Assembly: GCA_026025075.1 (NCBI GenBank)
Contig: JAPEUI010000110.1
Coordinates: 1-52,428, forward strand
Reading direction: 5' to 3'
Length of the DNA: 52,428 nucleotides
Source: Vezdaea acicularis
Lineage: Eukaryota
Part shown: positions 25,886 through 38,452 of the stretch, piece by piece
Numbering within the stretch: the stretch's first letter is position 1
Layout: each line of letters opens with the position of its first letter
Notes under the pieces: generated by a model
What the model was told of the DNA's origin: nothing
What the model saw: the letters and a program-made list of their open reading frames with translations, nothing else
Database searches by the model: none
Translations under genes and position numbers: made by a program

Positions 25886-26125
25886 ATGCGTGCGGGCGAA
25901 ACCGAGCAGCTTCAGTTCACCCGCATCGACCTCGAAGCTGGCCTCCGGTGCGTTGCTGAACTCCTACATTTCTTAATGACCGTCAGAGTCCTTGATCACG
26001 CGTTGCTGACCGTTCCAATTACAACAGACCAGTCGACTGCTCGGACAAGTCGACCTGCTCGAGAATCTACTTTCGCTCATCTCTCGACGCGTAGATCCGT
26101 GAGCTGGGATCGGTCGCAGCTATGA
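25886..26125 (+). promoter_or_regulatory. Ime2 5' leader: uORF containing an 80-nt leader intron (25948-26027)
   Basis: ATG at 25886, GTGCGT donor, GCTGAC branch site and ACAG acceptor upstream of the Ime2 ATG. The transcription start is unknown. Confidence 0.55.
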
Positions 26126-28700
26126 CCATCTCATACGACTTCTCACACCGAGGCATCTCACAACAGTCGAACGCCGTATGTCTGGAGGATCGGTTCGAAC
26201 TGATCAAGGAAATTGGAGATGGCAGTTTTGGCAGTGTTGCTCTTGCACGAGTACGCACCGCCGGCTCCAATGTCGCGCGGCGGGGCACTCTGGTTAGTTT
26301 CATCACACGGCTTTGACTTGGTTCTTGAGCTCACAATCTACACTTAGGTTGCCATTAAAACGATGAAGAAGACTTTCGAGTCTTTTGCTCCTTGTCTCGA
26401 ACTTCGCGAAATCATCTTCTTGAGGACCCTGCCGGTCCATGCGCACCTGGTACCAGCACTAGACATTTTCTTAGACCCTCTCAGCAAGAAGCTCCATATA
26501 TGTATGGAGTACATGGACGGAAACCTCTATCAGCTGATGAAGGCTCGAGACCACAAACCGATGGACGGAGCTAGCGTAAAGAGCATCATGTTCCAGATTC
26601 TCGCCGGTCTCGAACACATCCATGCTCACAGTTTCTTCCATCGCGACATCAAGCCCGAGAACATCTTGGTCTCAACATCAGCCCCCCAAGACTCTTCCAC
26701 GGCGACTTTTCGTCGTTACTCATCGTTAGTCACACCTCCAGCCACGCCTCCGACATACTCCGTCAAGATAGCAGATTTTGGACTTGCTCGTGAGACCCAC
26801 TCAAGACTCCCATACACCACCTACGTATCAACACGATGGTATCGTGCCCCCGAAGTCCTGCTTCGAGCGGGCGAGTACTCGGCGCCAGTCGATATTTGGG
26901 CAATTGGAGCTATGGCCGTCGAAGTGGCAACCCTGAAGCCTCTTTTCCCAGGCGGGAACGAAGTGGATCAGGTTTGGAGGGTGTGCGAGATTATGGGTAG
27001 CCCTGGCAATTGGTACAACAAGGCAGGTGCCAGGGTTGGAGGTGGAGAGTGGAGGGACGGAACACGTCTTGCTCACAAGCTAGGCTTCTCCTTTCCCAAG
27101 GTATGGTTCAGAGGACAATCCTTACTACTAGCATCGCTAATAGGAGCAACAGATGGCGCCTCATTCCATCGACACAATACTGCCAATAAATCAGTGGCCT
27201 GCTTCACTGAGTCACTTTGTCACCTGGTGTTTGATGTGGGACCCTCGAAGTCGGCCCACCTCAACGCAGGCGTTGAATCACGAATACTTCAATGATGCCA
27301 TCGACCCGTTACGACCAAAATCCTCAGCTTCACGTGTCACTAGCAAACGTCAATCCGAGATATCAATCAAGTCATCCCGAGACTCCGCAGATATCGCACC
27401 AAGCCTTACTTCAAAGCCGTCTTGGTTCCGAAAATCCTTAATTGGACGAGAGAGCTCCGCGCCAAGCGTTCAACCTGCTCCGGTCCAGCCTGTTTCGTCG
27501 AGACCGGCTCCTGTACATACGCAGTCGACCAGCGCCACTCTAATGTCGAAAGGCCGACCGAATGCGGAGAAGAGAGCTACCTGGGCTAACGGCGTGTCTA
27601 CCACGAATATGGCACCCATGCCCATCCTTCCTACAATAAGACCCATTTCACCACTATCTGACGCTGTTACTGCTCAAGCTCATGGGGGTACGAAGGAATC
27701 CGCTGATGGAAACGGCGGGACGAAGAGAGGATCGCTCATAGACGAGACCGCTGTCAAGAAAATCGGAAGGCAGCTATCGGTTGCATCAAATGGCAACCAT
27801 TACGCAGAAATCCATCGACAAGAAGCCGAAAGGGCCCTCAACGGGAACGGGAGCGGCCTCGCATCGCCAGCGAATGGCCAGAAGGAAAGCTTCTTTTCGC
27901 ACCTCCGTAAACGCGCCCGTAGGCTTTCCGCTCGTCATCAGACACCACTATCTCCGCCAGCAGACGATATCGAAGCCAATGCAGGCTGTGGACCTTGGTC
28001 GAGCAACAGGTCTTCAATGGCGATAGATCCCCCAATGACAGTGGTACAGCCACGTGCTGAAGAGTTTCGAGACCTTGACAAAGCCCTACAGAACGTTCGC
28101 TATAGTGTCGAGAACACTACATCGTTGAATGTGGGTGCTAGCAGTGCTACGAGGCAGACGCAAGCCTCAAAGCCAAGTCCGAACATGCTCAAACGTCAAC
28201 ACTCGCTGCCTCATGGTCAACAGACCAGGTCTGTGAGCGACCTGACTTCAGTTTCCAATCCTCCTGGACCGGTCTCTAGTCGTACGAGGCGGGCACTTCA
28301 GATGTCTACACATCCTGTCCACCGATATGAGACTCCGGATGAGGAGGAAGAGCTTCTTGATGAGATGCTAGCATCAACGCAGCGGGCGTCATTCCGCCTA
28401 GACCAGAGCGCCGAGGTCAATCGAAATCTGACAACCACTATTGGGAACGACCGGACTCCCTTACGCCAATCTGCGAGCAATCTCGGGTTATCCAACACGA
28501 ACCCTTATCCAACGCCATCTCCGTCTGCCAAGCGCAACAGCATAATATTCGGCCAGAACGCTGGGAACCTCAAACCTCTTGATATTCGATCCGGCGCCCA
28601 GCCAGACGAGCACAAATGGCCCACTCCTCCGTACGAGGAGAATGAATGGGCTACAGCTGCTGCTGCAAGCATTGCCGCCGCCGGCGCTGCTTACAGATAA
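26122..28700 (+). CDS. IME2: Ime2/MAK-family Ser/Thr protein kinase, 3 exons
   Basis: IGDGSFGSV, VAIKTMKK, HRDIKPEN, DFGLARE and activation loop YTTYVSTRWYRAPE (TxY). Long C-terminal tail ending WPTPPYEENEWA. Introns 26293-26347 and 27101-27152. Confidence 0.95.
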
Positions 28701-31161
28701 ACTGCATCGAACTACAGTATCTAGCAAAAGTTGCATTTCCTTGACACTCTTTTCCCTTCAGCATTCGATCATTAGCGGGCATTAATCTCTTCACTTCCTC
28801 GCACCATCCTTGCGAGAGCGTTCTTGTAGCACCACCAACCCCTCAGTCCCATCTCGCCGTGCGGGATGCTCCCTCTGTGCTTCAGCTTCTTCCTGTCTGC
28901 ATCCTTCAGCGCTGGACAATTATAGACATTTTTTGCTTGTTTGTACTTTTCAATCCGCCCTTGCCGTCTGGCAATACGACGGGGCATTGTCTGATCGTCC
29001 ATCGACCCTTTTCTTTTGTTGCACTTTTCCCCTTGTTTGCTGGGCGGCTATCTAAAAGCATGTGCACCGTTTTATACCACCATAAGCACCTGTAAGAGCT
29101 ATATTTGAGAGAAAAGATGAGAGGTCGAAAGGCTGCGAAGGTTCGTCCTCACAGCCGGTTGTATTGCTGGTCAAGAGTTTTTCTTTCTTTCGTCCTTTCC
29201 TTTTTTTTTGCATGGCTTGGCGTAGCGTCTCACGGGCTCGTTTTTTTGCCCGTCACGGAAAAAGGGGGGCGGTCATACCCGTGCATTTAGAGTAAACTTT
29301 AATTTAATCCCCCTCGGCTTACTTTTTTGCCGTATCAAAGAATTGTTGTGTGGCACGACTATTTCCCTCAATATTCGTTTTGTGCAGGTGATCATCCCTC
29401 TGGCACGGGATCAGTAATCCCTTTTTTCATTTTTTTTGCCCCCGTGAGATTCCTGTAATACGTATGTAGTGCTTGTGTACACCCCCAAGTTCGCAGGCAG
29501 GTATCGTGACACTTGGGTACTCTTCCATGGCGTCCTAGGTGATTGGGCATTAATTTATACAAATACAATACAAATACTGGAATAAGGGCGGGGCCCCGGA
29601 GCTCGGAAACGAAAGCTTCCGTCTCACACACCTTGAGGTGTTTTCATGGGGCATGGGGTATGATTGATTACTCGGGGCGTACGTGTACGAACCAGGCTTT
29701 TTACGAGAAATTCAAGGCTTCCCTTTCAAGGGATGGTGGCCGTGTAATCTCGTGATGCTGGTGCAGATGGGTGTGGTGAAGGAGGCTTGCACGACTCTGG
29801 GTATGCGGAAATGGTGGATTTTGTAGACATGGTATTTTCACGGGTTTGTTCATAGGGTTTCTGGCTTTGAAGTGTGTTGTGGCTTGTGTGGTTATTGGGG
29901 TTAGAAGATCTTTGCGATTTCATTTTCTAGAGAAAATTACTGGTTTCATACGGCATGGAAAATAGATAGGGTACCAATACATGGCATTAAGGTTTTCACT
30001 CGAGTACCACAGACGCTCGGGCCTTATATGCGGGATGACGTTGCAATGTTGTGGAAAGTTTCATCGGGCGATATATTCTCGAAGCAAGATATAAGGCCGT
30101 GATGGTTGAGGGGCCGGTAGAAGCCACGTCAATGGTGTTTAAGCGCATGTTGCGGGGGGTGAACTATTGGGTATGAATAGCATGGATAGTTGCTGAATAT
30201 AGGCGCGCTTGATGCTGCTCGTAAGGCCTTGGGCCACGGTTGCCTTACTTTAGAATATTGTGGAAAGCAGGGCGCCCTTAGGGCTGGAAGCAAAATTGGG
30301 CTGTTCGCGTTCAGTGTTCTCAAAGGATCGCTAGGCGCAGCTAGGCGCAGCCAACCATACGGTAAGGCTGAAATCTAGCGCGTCAAAGGATTTTCATGGG
30401 GCTAGTCATAACAAAGGGACAGATATATCTCATATGAAGACTGTGTAGACGTATGGAATAAAAAAAACGCTTGAGCGAGAGCTGATATCTGACTATATCA
30501 TGATTAAGTACCTCCAGCATATTTTCAACTAGCGAAGTGACCTAGTGCATATTGAGCCAGGCAAAATTTGCAGCGGTGAGGACCTAGCCCCCTGTCTCCT
30601 CGTCCACCAGTATCGAGTCGACTGCCAACCTTCGAGCTGAGAATGCGACATGGATAAGACGTTGGAATTCCCTATTAAGGACAGAATTCGAATGGGTGAG
30701 GTTTTTTTGTAGGGTTTGCTTCGCCTTTCGCCACCCTGTAACGAGCGGTGGCAATAGAAGGAATACTGAATCCGCCACGCGGAAGGAAAAAGACCTGGAG
30801 CCTTGAGACCCTCAAGATGAAAATATCGATCCGTCCGAAAAAATGTTTTCTCCAGAGTCTGCTCAAGATTATGTAACTCGGTCTCCTATAAGGACCTGCC
30901 CAACGGCGACCGTTACTGATCACTCTACCCACAAGGGGTAGAGACCTTCTTTCCTTCTAGACAACACTTCTATTGTTTAAACGTATATGACTGAACTGAA
31001 TACAGCCAGCATTATTTTTGTTGAAGTAGTCGTACAGTAAAGCCACCGGTTCGCTGGGAAGAGGAATCAATATTGGAGTCTGAATACACCTACGTCAGTA
31101 TATATACCAATCTCGAGGGAAGGATGCTTGTCCTTACCTTACAAACGTACTTGGAGCGTTT

Positions 31162-32124
31162 TCACATGCGCCCTGCGGTCCTCCGTCTCCGGATGTCTGC
31201 CCGCCTTACGCTCTGAGGAACATAGGCCGGTCTCTCAGGTCCTCGGCCAACAGGCCGCTCAACGATTTCCGGACCAGCATATAGAGGCTCCCCGGGCAAG
31301 ATCTCTGTGGTGTAGCGGGCTATCACTTTCCGATAAAATGCTTCTCCAACGAGGCCATTCTCACGCATGTACCAGATCAGGTGCAGATCCGGCCGACTGT
31401 ATGCAAAGTTCGCACCATTTCGATGATGGTGGGCCATGTGTTCCATTAGCTGTTCCCAGCAAGTATTGCCGTCCGCATGTCGAAAAGTGTTGTCGCAAAA
31501 GAGGCAGATCGCAATGGTCGGGGGGGGCTTCCCTCTGAAGTGTTGTATCGACTTCACAAGGTTCTGGAGCTCTTCCCGTTCACGGTTGTAGCACTCAAGC
31601 CAATGGAAAGGGCACGGGTAAATGTGTTCGTGTACCAACCGCTCGCCATCATCCGTCCTCACCCGGAGGCCATCAATCCTCGGGACTTCGTCGAAGGGCA
31701 ACATATACGTCGGCTGATCGATAGAATGGGAACTCGAGAAGCTGCTTGACCTAGAGGATTCCCCGATCGATGGTCGAGACGGGATCAGAGCGGGCAGACT
31801 ACTAGTAGTCTCTGGCGACGATGCAACGCTGCGAGACACCGAAGCTGATCTGTTTGAAGCTTGAGATGGGTTATAGATTGCTCGTCGACTACTCGTCGAC
31901 GCTGATGGGGAGGTGCTATTCAGCTCCGCACGTAGCGATGTCGTCGACCCCGTTTGAGGCCCAAGATACTGGCTGTTGTGCCGAATAGCTTCCAAAATAG
32001 AAGCACCGGCTTCTAATTTTTGGACCCGCGGTGTTTCGTCATCGCGGCAAAATCGATCGATCGAATCGTGATATTCTGAGCGATCATTGATGCCGATCTG
32101 TGCTAGATTGCGGGGACTCTCCAT
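31162..32124 (-). CDS. Hypothetical protein with C-terminal Cys/His (C2H2-like) motifs
   Basis: Single ORF, probable start MESPRNL. S-rich N-half, then YPCPFHWLEC...HFRGKPPP...CLFC...W..LMEHMAHHH...RPDLHLIWYM. Confidence 0.7.
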   Translation of the reverse strand: MESPRNLAQIGINDRSEYHDSIDRFCRDDETPRVQKLEAGASILEAIRHNSQYLGPQTGSTTSLRAELNSTSPSASTSSRRAIYNPSQASNRSASVSRSVASSPETTSSLPALIPSRPSIGESSRSSSFSSSHSIDQPTYMLPFDEVPRIDGLRVRTDDGERLVHEHIYPCPFHWLECYNREREELQNLVKSIQHFRGKPPPTIAICLFCDNTFRHADGNTCWEQLMEHMAHHHRNGANFAYSRPDLHLIWYMRENGLVGEAFYRKVIARYTTEILPGEPLYAGPEIVERPVGRGPERPAYVPQSVRRADIRRRRTAGRM

Positions 32125-32450
32125 CCTTTCGGCTTTTCTCCAAAAGGAGCTTTGGGGCAATTGATATCGGCCACCCACGTTTTCGGAGCTCAGTGCCCGT
32201 AAAAGATTAATTCTTTCGATCGCTTTTCATCAAAAGGGATAAAAGTTGATGTGATAGTACTAATCCAGGGGGGTGGAGTTGCGATGGTCGACGTGGTGGG
32301 CATTCAAGCGAAAAGAAAGATTGAATACCCGACGCTCCGTGTGCCTTTGTGGCAGGAAGTTTTCAACGGGCAGTCAATAGCTACAAATGGCACAGCATAC
32401 GCTCTGTTCACTCGCTAAGACTTGTCTGCTTTCAAGATTGAGGCTGGAGC

Positions 32451-32596
32451 TGTGAAGCTACCCTGTTCTCTGTTCGCACACGGACATGATGTTTCGTACC
32501 CTTAGGCCAGTCTTACGCCATCTTGTGAAGCTACCCCTGTGCACTATTCGCACATAAACATGTTGCTTCGGTCCTCAGACCAGTCTCACGCAATTG
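32451..32596. repeat. Degenerate tandem duplication, two copies of about 73 bp
   Basis: Units start at 32451 and 32524. Both read TGTGAAGCTACCC...TTCGCACA...ACATG.TG.TTCG...CCAGTCT.ACGC. Confidence 0.8.
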
Positions 32597-32769
32597 TGTG
32601 TGAGATGGTTACAACGCATTTTTCACGCCTGTGCAAGCAAAACAATGGGTTCGCACGAGTTTGTATATACGGTGAGATTACTCCTATTCATGCGTCACAT
32701 GAAAATCACATATCCCCTTTCCTACCCAAAACGCCTCCCCACATCCGGTTCTTTCCCCCCCCAGACCAC

Positions 32770-34921
32770 TCAATGAAACTTTGCTGTAACTTTCCCATAC
32801 CTGACACCATCAACCTTGAGCTCAAAAATCAAGCTCGCTGAATCGATCGTCATGTCGAGGGTGAAGTCCAGGTTATCGAATTCGATTCCCTTAGTCGTCG
32901 TCAGGCGGGTGAAGAGGCTCTTTGGCACGGCATTCAAGTCCGTGGTCAGCGTGCAGACGTTGATGAGGCCCTTCTTATAGGCGTCGGGGGCGACGTCGGC
33001 GTCGCACCCGATAAGATCGTCCTCAATGACGAGGGACTGGCCGGGTCGGAAGTTGCGCGTGTAGTGGAAGGAAACGGCTTTGCGCTCTGTGACTTGCTCG
33101 CCCTGTAGAGTCACAAGCGTGTGAGTATCGGCAAATGATGAGAGGAGTAAAAAAGGGGTTTGTCAGAAACGAACCTTGGCAATGTGCCACTGCATGCGGT
33201 CGCTCACCATCCATCGCTCCCAGAGTGGACTCCAATAGCGATCACTGACTGGATGCCTCTCCTCGTCGAAGACTGTGGCGTAGCTGGTGCCGTAATGCCA
33301 GCGACTCCGCCGACTGACGACCATACTACCCTCCAAACCTCTTAAGACTGCTCCTCGCACCACAGCCGTCCAGGCATACATCGGTTGCATGACCTCGACG
33401 GATTGATTGTTGTTAGTAGCTACGGCGTGAGTAGGCCGCTCGGTGTATGGCGGAGGCGCGGCGGAGTTAAAGTGCGTCTTCAACTTATTATAGAGGTAGT
33501 TGCTCTGGCCAAAGCCCCCAACAAGCACGATTCCAGACACGATGCCATCTTTCTGACGAATCTTGTCTACTTGCCCTTGTACGAGATCGCAGACCTCCTT
33601 GACGACAGGTTCAAAGATCTCCTTGACCTGCTCAGCGGTCATGACGAGGAAGCCAGACTCCAAGCCAGCTTCCTCGTCGTCTGGAAGGCCAGGGAAGGGG
33701 ACATTGACTTCTTGGTGCTGCTCCTCGTTAAAGTTGCGCTTGACAAACTCCTCGAACGTTCGAAGTCCCATCTGCCACGTTTTGGGCTTCTTCTCCTTCA
33801 TGTTGTCGTACCTCTCGGCGCCGATACGCGAGCGAACATGATCTTCGAATCGGTAATTGAGGAATGCAGACCCGCATAGGCCGCCTGTTCCCACGGCAGA
33901 CTCCTCAACGCGAAGCGGCGATATTTGTATGATCTTGTAGGAGATCAAATCCACGGTCCCGCCTCCTGCGTCACACACGATGAAGTTGTCACCAACTTTC
34001 AGATGATTCGGCTGTATAGCTTTCAGAGTGTAGACAGCTGCAGCTTCGGGTTCACTGATCAGTCGTAGATCGTGTCGGTTACCCATCCCAGCGCGCTCAG
34101 CTGCGTGAAGAGTTGCATTCTTCGCTGCATCGCTCCAGACGGCTGGCACAGTCAGGACAAACTCAACTTTAGTTATCGCCATGAATGATTCGCCATAGCG
34201 CCGTGTTAGCGTGTCCATTGTATGCTTGTACAGCTGGGTAAGGTAGTCGGAGACTGCGTCCATGACATTTCGGTCATATTTGCGCAGCTGAGCAGCGGTT
34301 TCGAGGGGAGAGACGAAATGTGGGAGTTTTTGATTTCGGTCGAGGAAGAGCTTTATGCACCGTAGTCGCGAATCTTCGGGCTTGAATTGAAACCCCCATT
34401 TTATGATGGTTTCTGGAGAAGGTTTCCCACCGACAGACGATATGGGAGGGCTAAGTGAAGGAGACGCTAGGTGTGGGGGTAAGGTTGTTCCTTCTGCAGG
34501 TGGTATCTCATATGCGATTTCCGTAGGGACTTTATCTGACGTAATGCCATTGCCTCCGGGCCACCTGCGCGTCTTGTAGTAAGCAACAGCTCCACTGTAA
34601 GTTAGGGCTTGCCCTACGTTTTGATGACGTCGACATCGTCAGGGGTTGATGTATAAACTGCTGCGACTCTAGTTTTCGTCAGCTTGATCCAAGTACTGCG
34701 GATGGAGATCCCAAGGCCTACCCTGAATAGGTTGTACCAAAATCCACCCCAACTATCAGCCGATCTGCCGCTGGAACAGGCTTGGGCGCAGCAGAGTCTT
34801 CAAGTGTCTCTGCCGGAGGGGAGCGGGCATTATTTCTAGGGTTCGGGCTTGAGCCATCTCGAAAGGGCAATACTGTCGTACCATTCATGATGGGAAGAGA
34901 AACAGTGGAAGACGTCTGCAT
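32770..34921 (-). CDS. Atypical Hsp70-family (HSPA12-like) actin-fold ATPase, 4 exons
   Basis: IVGVDFGTTYSG, WPG...DKVPT, LTVPAVWS, LISEPEAAA, VCDAGGGTVDLISY, LVGGFGQS and TAVVRGAV. Confidence 0.92.
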
Positions 34922-36230
34922 TCTTGACGCCTACCGATCCTGGATTGCGCCAACTTTCCCCACGAAAGGAATCTAGAATTGATGTGCGAATGTGCGCCCA
35001 AGGCTACAGGTCCAACTTTCGAGTCCAATGACTACAGCTCAACGCTGATTCCAAATTTGCAGACTACTGCTGACGTTAACCCCGCGTCAAAGCAATACAA
35101 CATAAGGCTTTTCGGACTATTTCTCGCAGACTCCAATTACGGCTAGGAAAGAAAGTGCCTGCGCTGTTTTCGTAACTCGACAGTATATAAGCGTCGCGAT
35201 TGAGGTCCGAGAGTAGAGGGTGGGTTCCACGATAGATGGTCCGGTTGAGAAGTTGGGGAAATGCTCAATTCAATGGCACAGCATAGAGCCAAGTCGCAAA
35301 GCGTACGCGTCGTTCCTAATAAGGCACCAACAGAATGATACGAAAGGATTCTAAGGTTACGTTTCTAAGGGATGTCCGTTCGTGCAGAAGAGTGGTAGCC
35401 TGGGCCACAACTCTGGCCTTGGTAAGGCACAGCACAGGAGGTACCGCCACCACTTAGAGTGAGGCTATGTCTTGGCGGGGATGCAGGTATATAACAAGCG
35501 CGCAACAAAAACAAGAATGAGATGATAACTAAGTACAGCCAAGCAGCAAGTTCGCATGCCTGTTATATAGCTTTGAGTGCGATGAAGCCTCTAAAACGAT
35601 ACTTTGAAACATTCTCCATCAAACGTTATCTGCAAAATCATGGCGAGTTCTTCAAACACTCGCAAGGTCGGCTAGGGGTACCAACCTTATCGACAAGGTC
35701 AGCCTTGTTGGCTCCAGTCACAGATCCGTTTCATGATCCAATGATGACCCCGTAGGTGCCTGTTAAGGATAGCCCTACAGTACCATTACCCTCCAATTCG
35801 ATTTGTAGGCTACGTATTTGTAGAGAACCATGATGGAGATTCTTTTTACCCAGTCTCTAGAGAGGAATGTAGTTCTAAAGAAGTAAAGTTCGAAATCATG
35901 GCGATTGTGCAACTGCAGCTTCAGCGCTTGCTTTTAGCGTGAAAGAACCACTTCTATGCGATATAATTAGCCCGTCATCTTTTCAGACGTTGATGGGAAT
36001 TATGATTTGCTGCCTGAAAAGGGACGAACATGCATCGGCACCTTATTTTCCCGAGCCTGTGTGAACAATTTTTCCGAAATGCGGAAGTATGAAGGACGTT
36101 TGTTTTGACACAATTGTCGAGTCCAAACTCTTTCGTCATTACGCACGTTGTGATCGGACCTTTGAGTCTCAACAATGGACAGTAAAAAGGCAGTTTGATT
36201 ACACATCCCATTCCATATGCTTATCCGATC

Positions 36231-36930
36231 ATGGACCAGCTTTCCCTTAATGATAATGTGCCCCTTGGTGGGGCAAATGCTCCAAGCCCTCCCACTATCC
36301 CTCAATTACCTGCGCAGATGTTCACGACTGCAGCGCAGTTGTTGGACTTGACCGATAGTGAGGCTCACCTCCTATTTTTTCACGGACGAGCTAGAGCTCT
36401 GGTCAAACCATGACGGGCTAACGTGGGAGCTCCTTCGCGCTATAGAGAAACTAATGGTGGCACTACGAGACGGACGGAAATTTATCGGGGTTTTACGAAG
36501 TTGGGATCAGTTTGGTAAGATTACACTAGTAGACGGGCAGCTACAGAACTTGTGCTAATGCGTCAAATCTCTCTGCAGCAAACCTCGTACTTTCAGACAC
36601 GGTTGAACGGATATTCGTGGAGAAATTGTATGCAGATATTCCGAGAGGGATCTTCCTCGTGCGGGGAGAAAATGTGGTCTTGTTGGGAGAAATAGTGAGC
36701 CCTTGGCCCATACCTGGAGCCAAAAAGACCTGCCCTGACTCTGCATGGCGCTACAGGACCTTGACAAAGATGATGACATTCCCGAGCCATACAAGAAAGG
36801 GTCGGCTAAGGAAGTCTTTGCTTTGCAAAAGAAAGATCAAGAAGCAAAGAAAAGGTCCCAGAAGTCGAAGCTAGCGAAATTGCACCAAGTCGGGTTCGAA
36901 GGAGAAAACACAGGCGAAGTTCTTTTTTGA
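36231..36930 (+). CDS. LSM1: Sm-like protein Lsm1, 4 exons
   Basis: [41 protein letters not shown]...[23 protein letters not shown]. Confidence 0.93.
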
Positions 36931-37203
36931 GATTTGCTGGTCGACAGATATGGGGGTGTTGGGCATGTTCGTATGAATCTCATTTTAGGTTTCAAGCAGC
37001 TCGCTGGAGAGCAGAATATTATGAAATGCTCCCAGCGGGAGGAAGGGCCCTAGGTTGCAAACTAGGATAAATGGGCACTTCAGGAAGGGGAAAATGGACC
37101 CGGCAATGTCAGATGCACTAGCATAATTTCCTCTATTCACATTACTGCCATCACTCTCGCAGCCATCTGTGTAAAGCTGGGGATCGAGCTGTTCGCTTGC
37201 TTG

Positions 37204-38090
37204 TCATGTCCATGGTATAGTCTTTCGATGTTCCGGTTCACGCCTAGGACGAGACTTTTTCTCTACATCTGACCATTCCGCTTTCCATCTTCGAATACCC
37301 TCCATCAAGCCTTGGTCACCACTCTCCGGAAAATTCTCCATCATTTGGACTTCTAATGTCTTCAGCTGCAGCTTCAAGTACATGAGTTCGGATTGCTGCT
37401 CAGATTGTCCAGTCTCCCTGGAAGCCAGAATATGAGCGCTATCAAAAATATACCCAGTAGAAAACTCACAACTCCTTAATCTGTTTCTCCAAGGTTATAA
37501 TCTTCTGCGCTGCGTTTTCAAACTTCAAGATTGTCATGTCATGCACGTGCTTAAGCCTGTTAGCAGTTGATTTATAGCGCAAGAAACCGTAAGCATGCCT
37601 TGAGCTCCTTGTTGCGGGTATTAAGCTCTTTAACGAGGTCCTCCATCAGCTTGACTATTTCTTGTCCTTCTTGGTCGGCCTCTTCTTGGAATTCCACCGC
37701 TAGACCTTCCTCGTTCCCACTTGTCCTAGCCCCTAAGTCTGCGTAAGGCTTGCCGTCATCGATTTCAAGTCGCCGTTCTTCCCTTGACGGCGCCTTAGAA
37801 ACGCCATCGATAGAAAGCTCATCCGGACTGTCTATTACGTTAGGTATCTGACCTAGACTATGCTCTATAACATCCAAATTCTTGCGCAACGTTGCGCACG
37901 TGCCTTCATCAAGAACATGGACAGCACTAAGCATCTCGGCGATACGACTCAGCTGCGAAAGTAACAGAGGTCTCGCATCTTCAGCCATCGGAGGATGCAA
38001 GAAGGAGCTATGGAATACATCAGAGGTCGGAGAAGAGAAATGGCTCTGAGGGACAGGAAAATGCGAGATGCCTAGGAAGTTCAAGGTCAT
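37204..38090 (-). CDS. Conserved fungal hypothetical coiled-coil protein, 3 exons
   Basis: Spliced C-terminus ELNTRNKELK|HVHDMTILKFENAAQKIITLEKQIKEL|ETGQSEQQSELMYLKLQLKTLEVQ...IRRWKAEW. The start codon is uncertain (38090 or 37988) and the first intron needs a GC donor. Confidence 0.65.
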
Positions 38091-38175
38091 GGTTTCGCCG
38101 GCGACGGAGAACACCTGGTCTGGAAACTATGTATAGAGAGACATTATACTTCATATGCCCCTCACATGAGATTAC

Positions 38176-38320
38176 GAGTCACATTTAATGTGAAAACGTG
38201 AATATAAATGTGAATATCAAGACTGTAGTCGGATACTGCAAGCTTTAGGGCGGGGCTCATGAGTGGTTCAACGCCAGACCCCGCGATCTGCAGGGGTCGG
38301 TTGTCGGACTGTCGGAGTCA
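38176..38320. promoter_or_regulatory. Two GAGTCA (TGACTC) Gcn4/CpcA-type core sites upstream of anthranilate synthase
   Basis: GAGTCA at 38176-38181 and 38315-38320. Fungal trp genes are established targets of cross-pathway control, but hexamers also occur by chance. Confidence 0.35.
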
Positions 38321-38452
38321 ATCATTTTCCCGGATCGACAAAGAATACAACCCTCTGCGCTCACATATAACATGCCATGTCAGCTCAGCTTCAATGGAGG
38401 TTTAAACCCCAAAGTTGATCGATGACTGCTCAAGAAACTTGAACCCTCCAAC

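Noticed and set aside
29170..29450. T-rich tracts and short inverted repeats after Ime2 (TCTCACGGG/CCCGTGAGA)
   Set aside because: The stems are short and typical of a fungal 3' UTR.
38372..38425. Trp-containing uORF (MSAQLQWRFKPQS) upstream of TRP2, reminiscent of attenuation
   Set aside because: The ATGs lie directly after a TATA-like CATATAA and are probably upstream of the TSS. One Trp codon is not informative.
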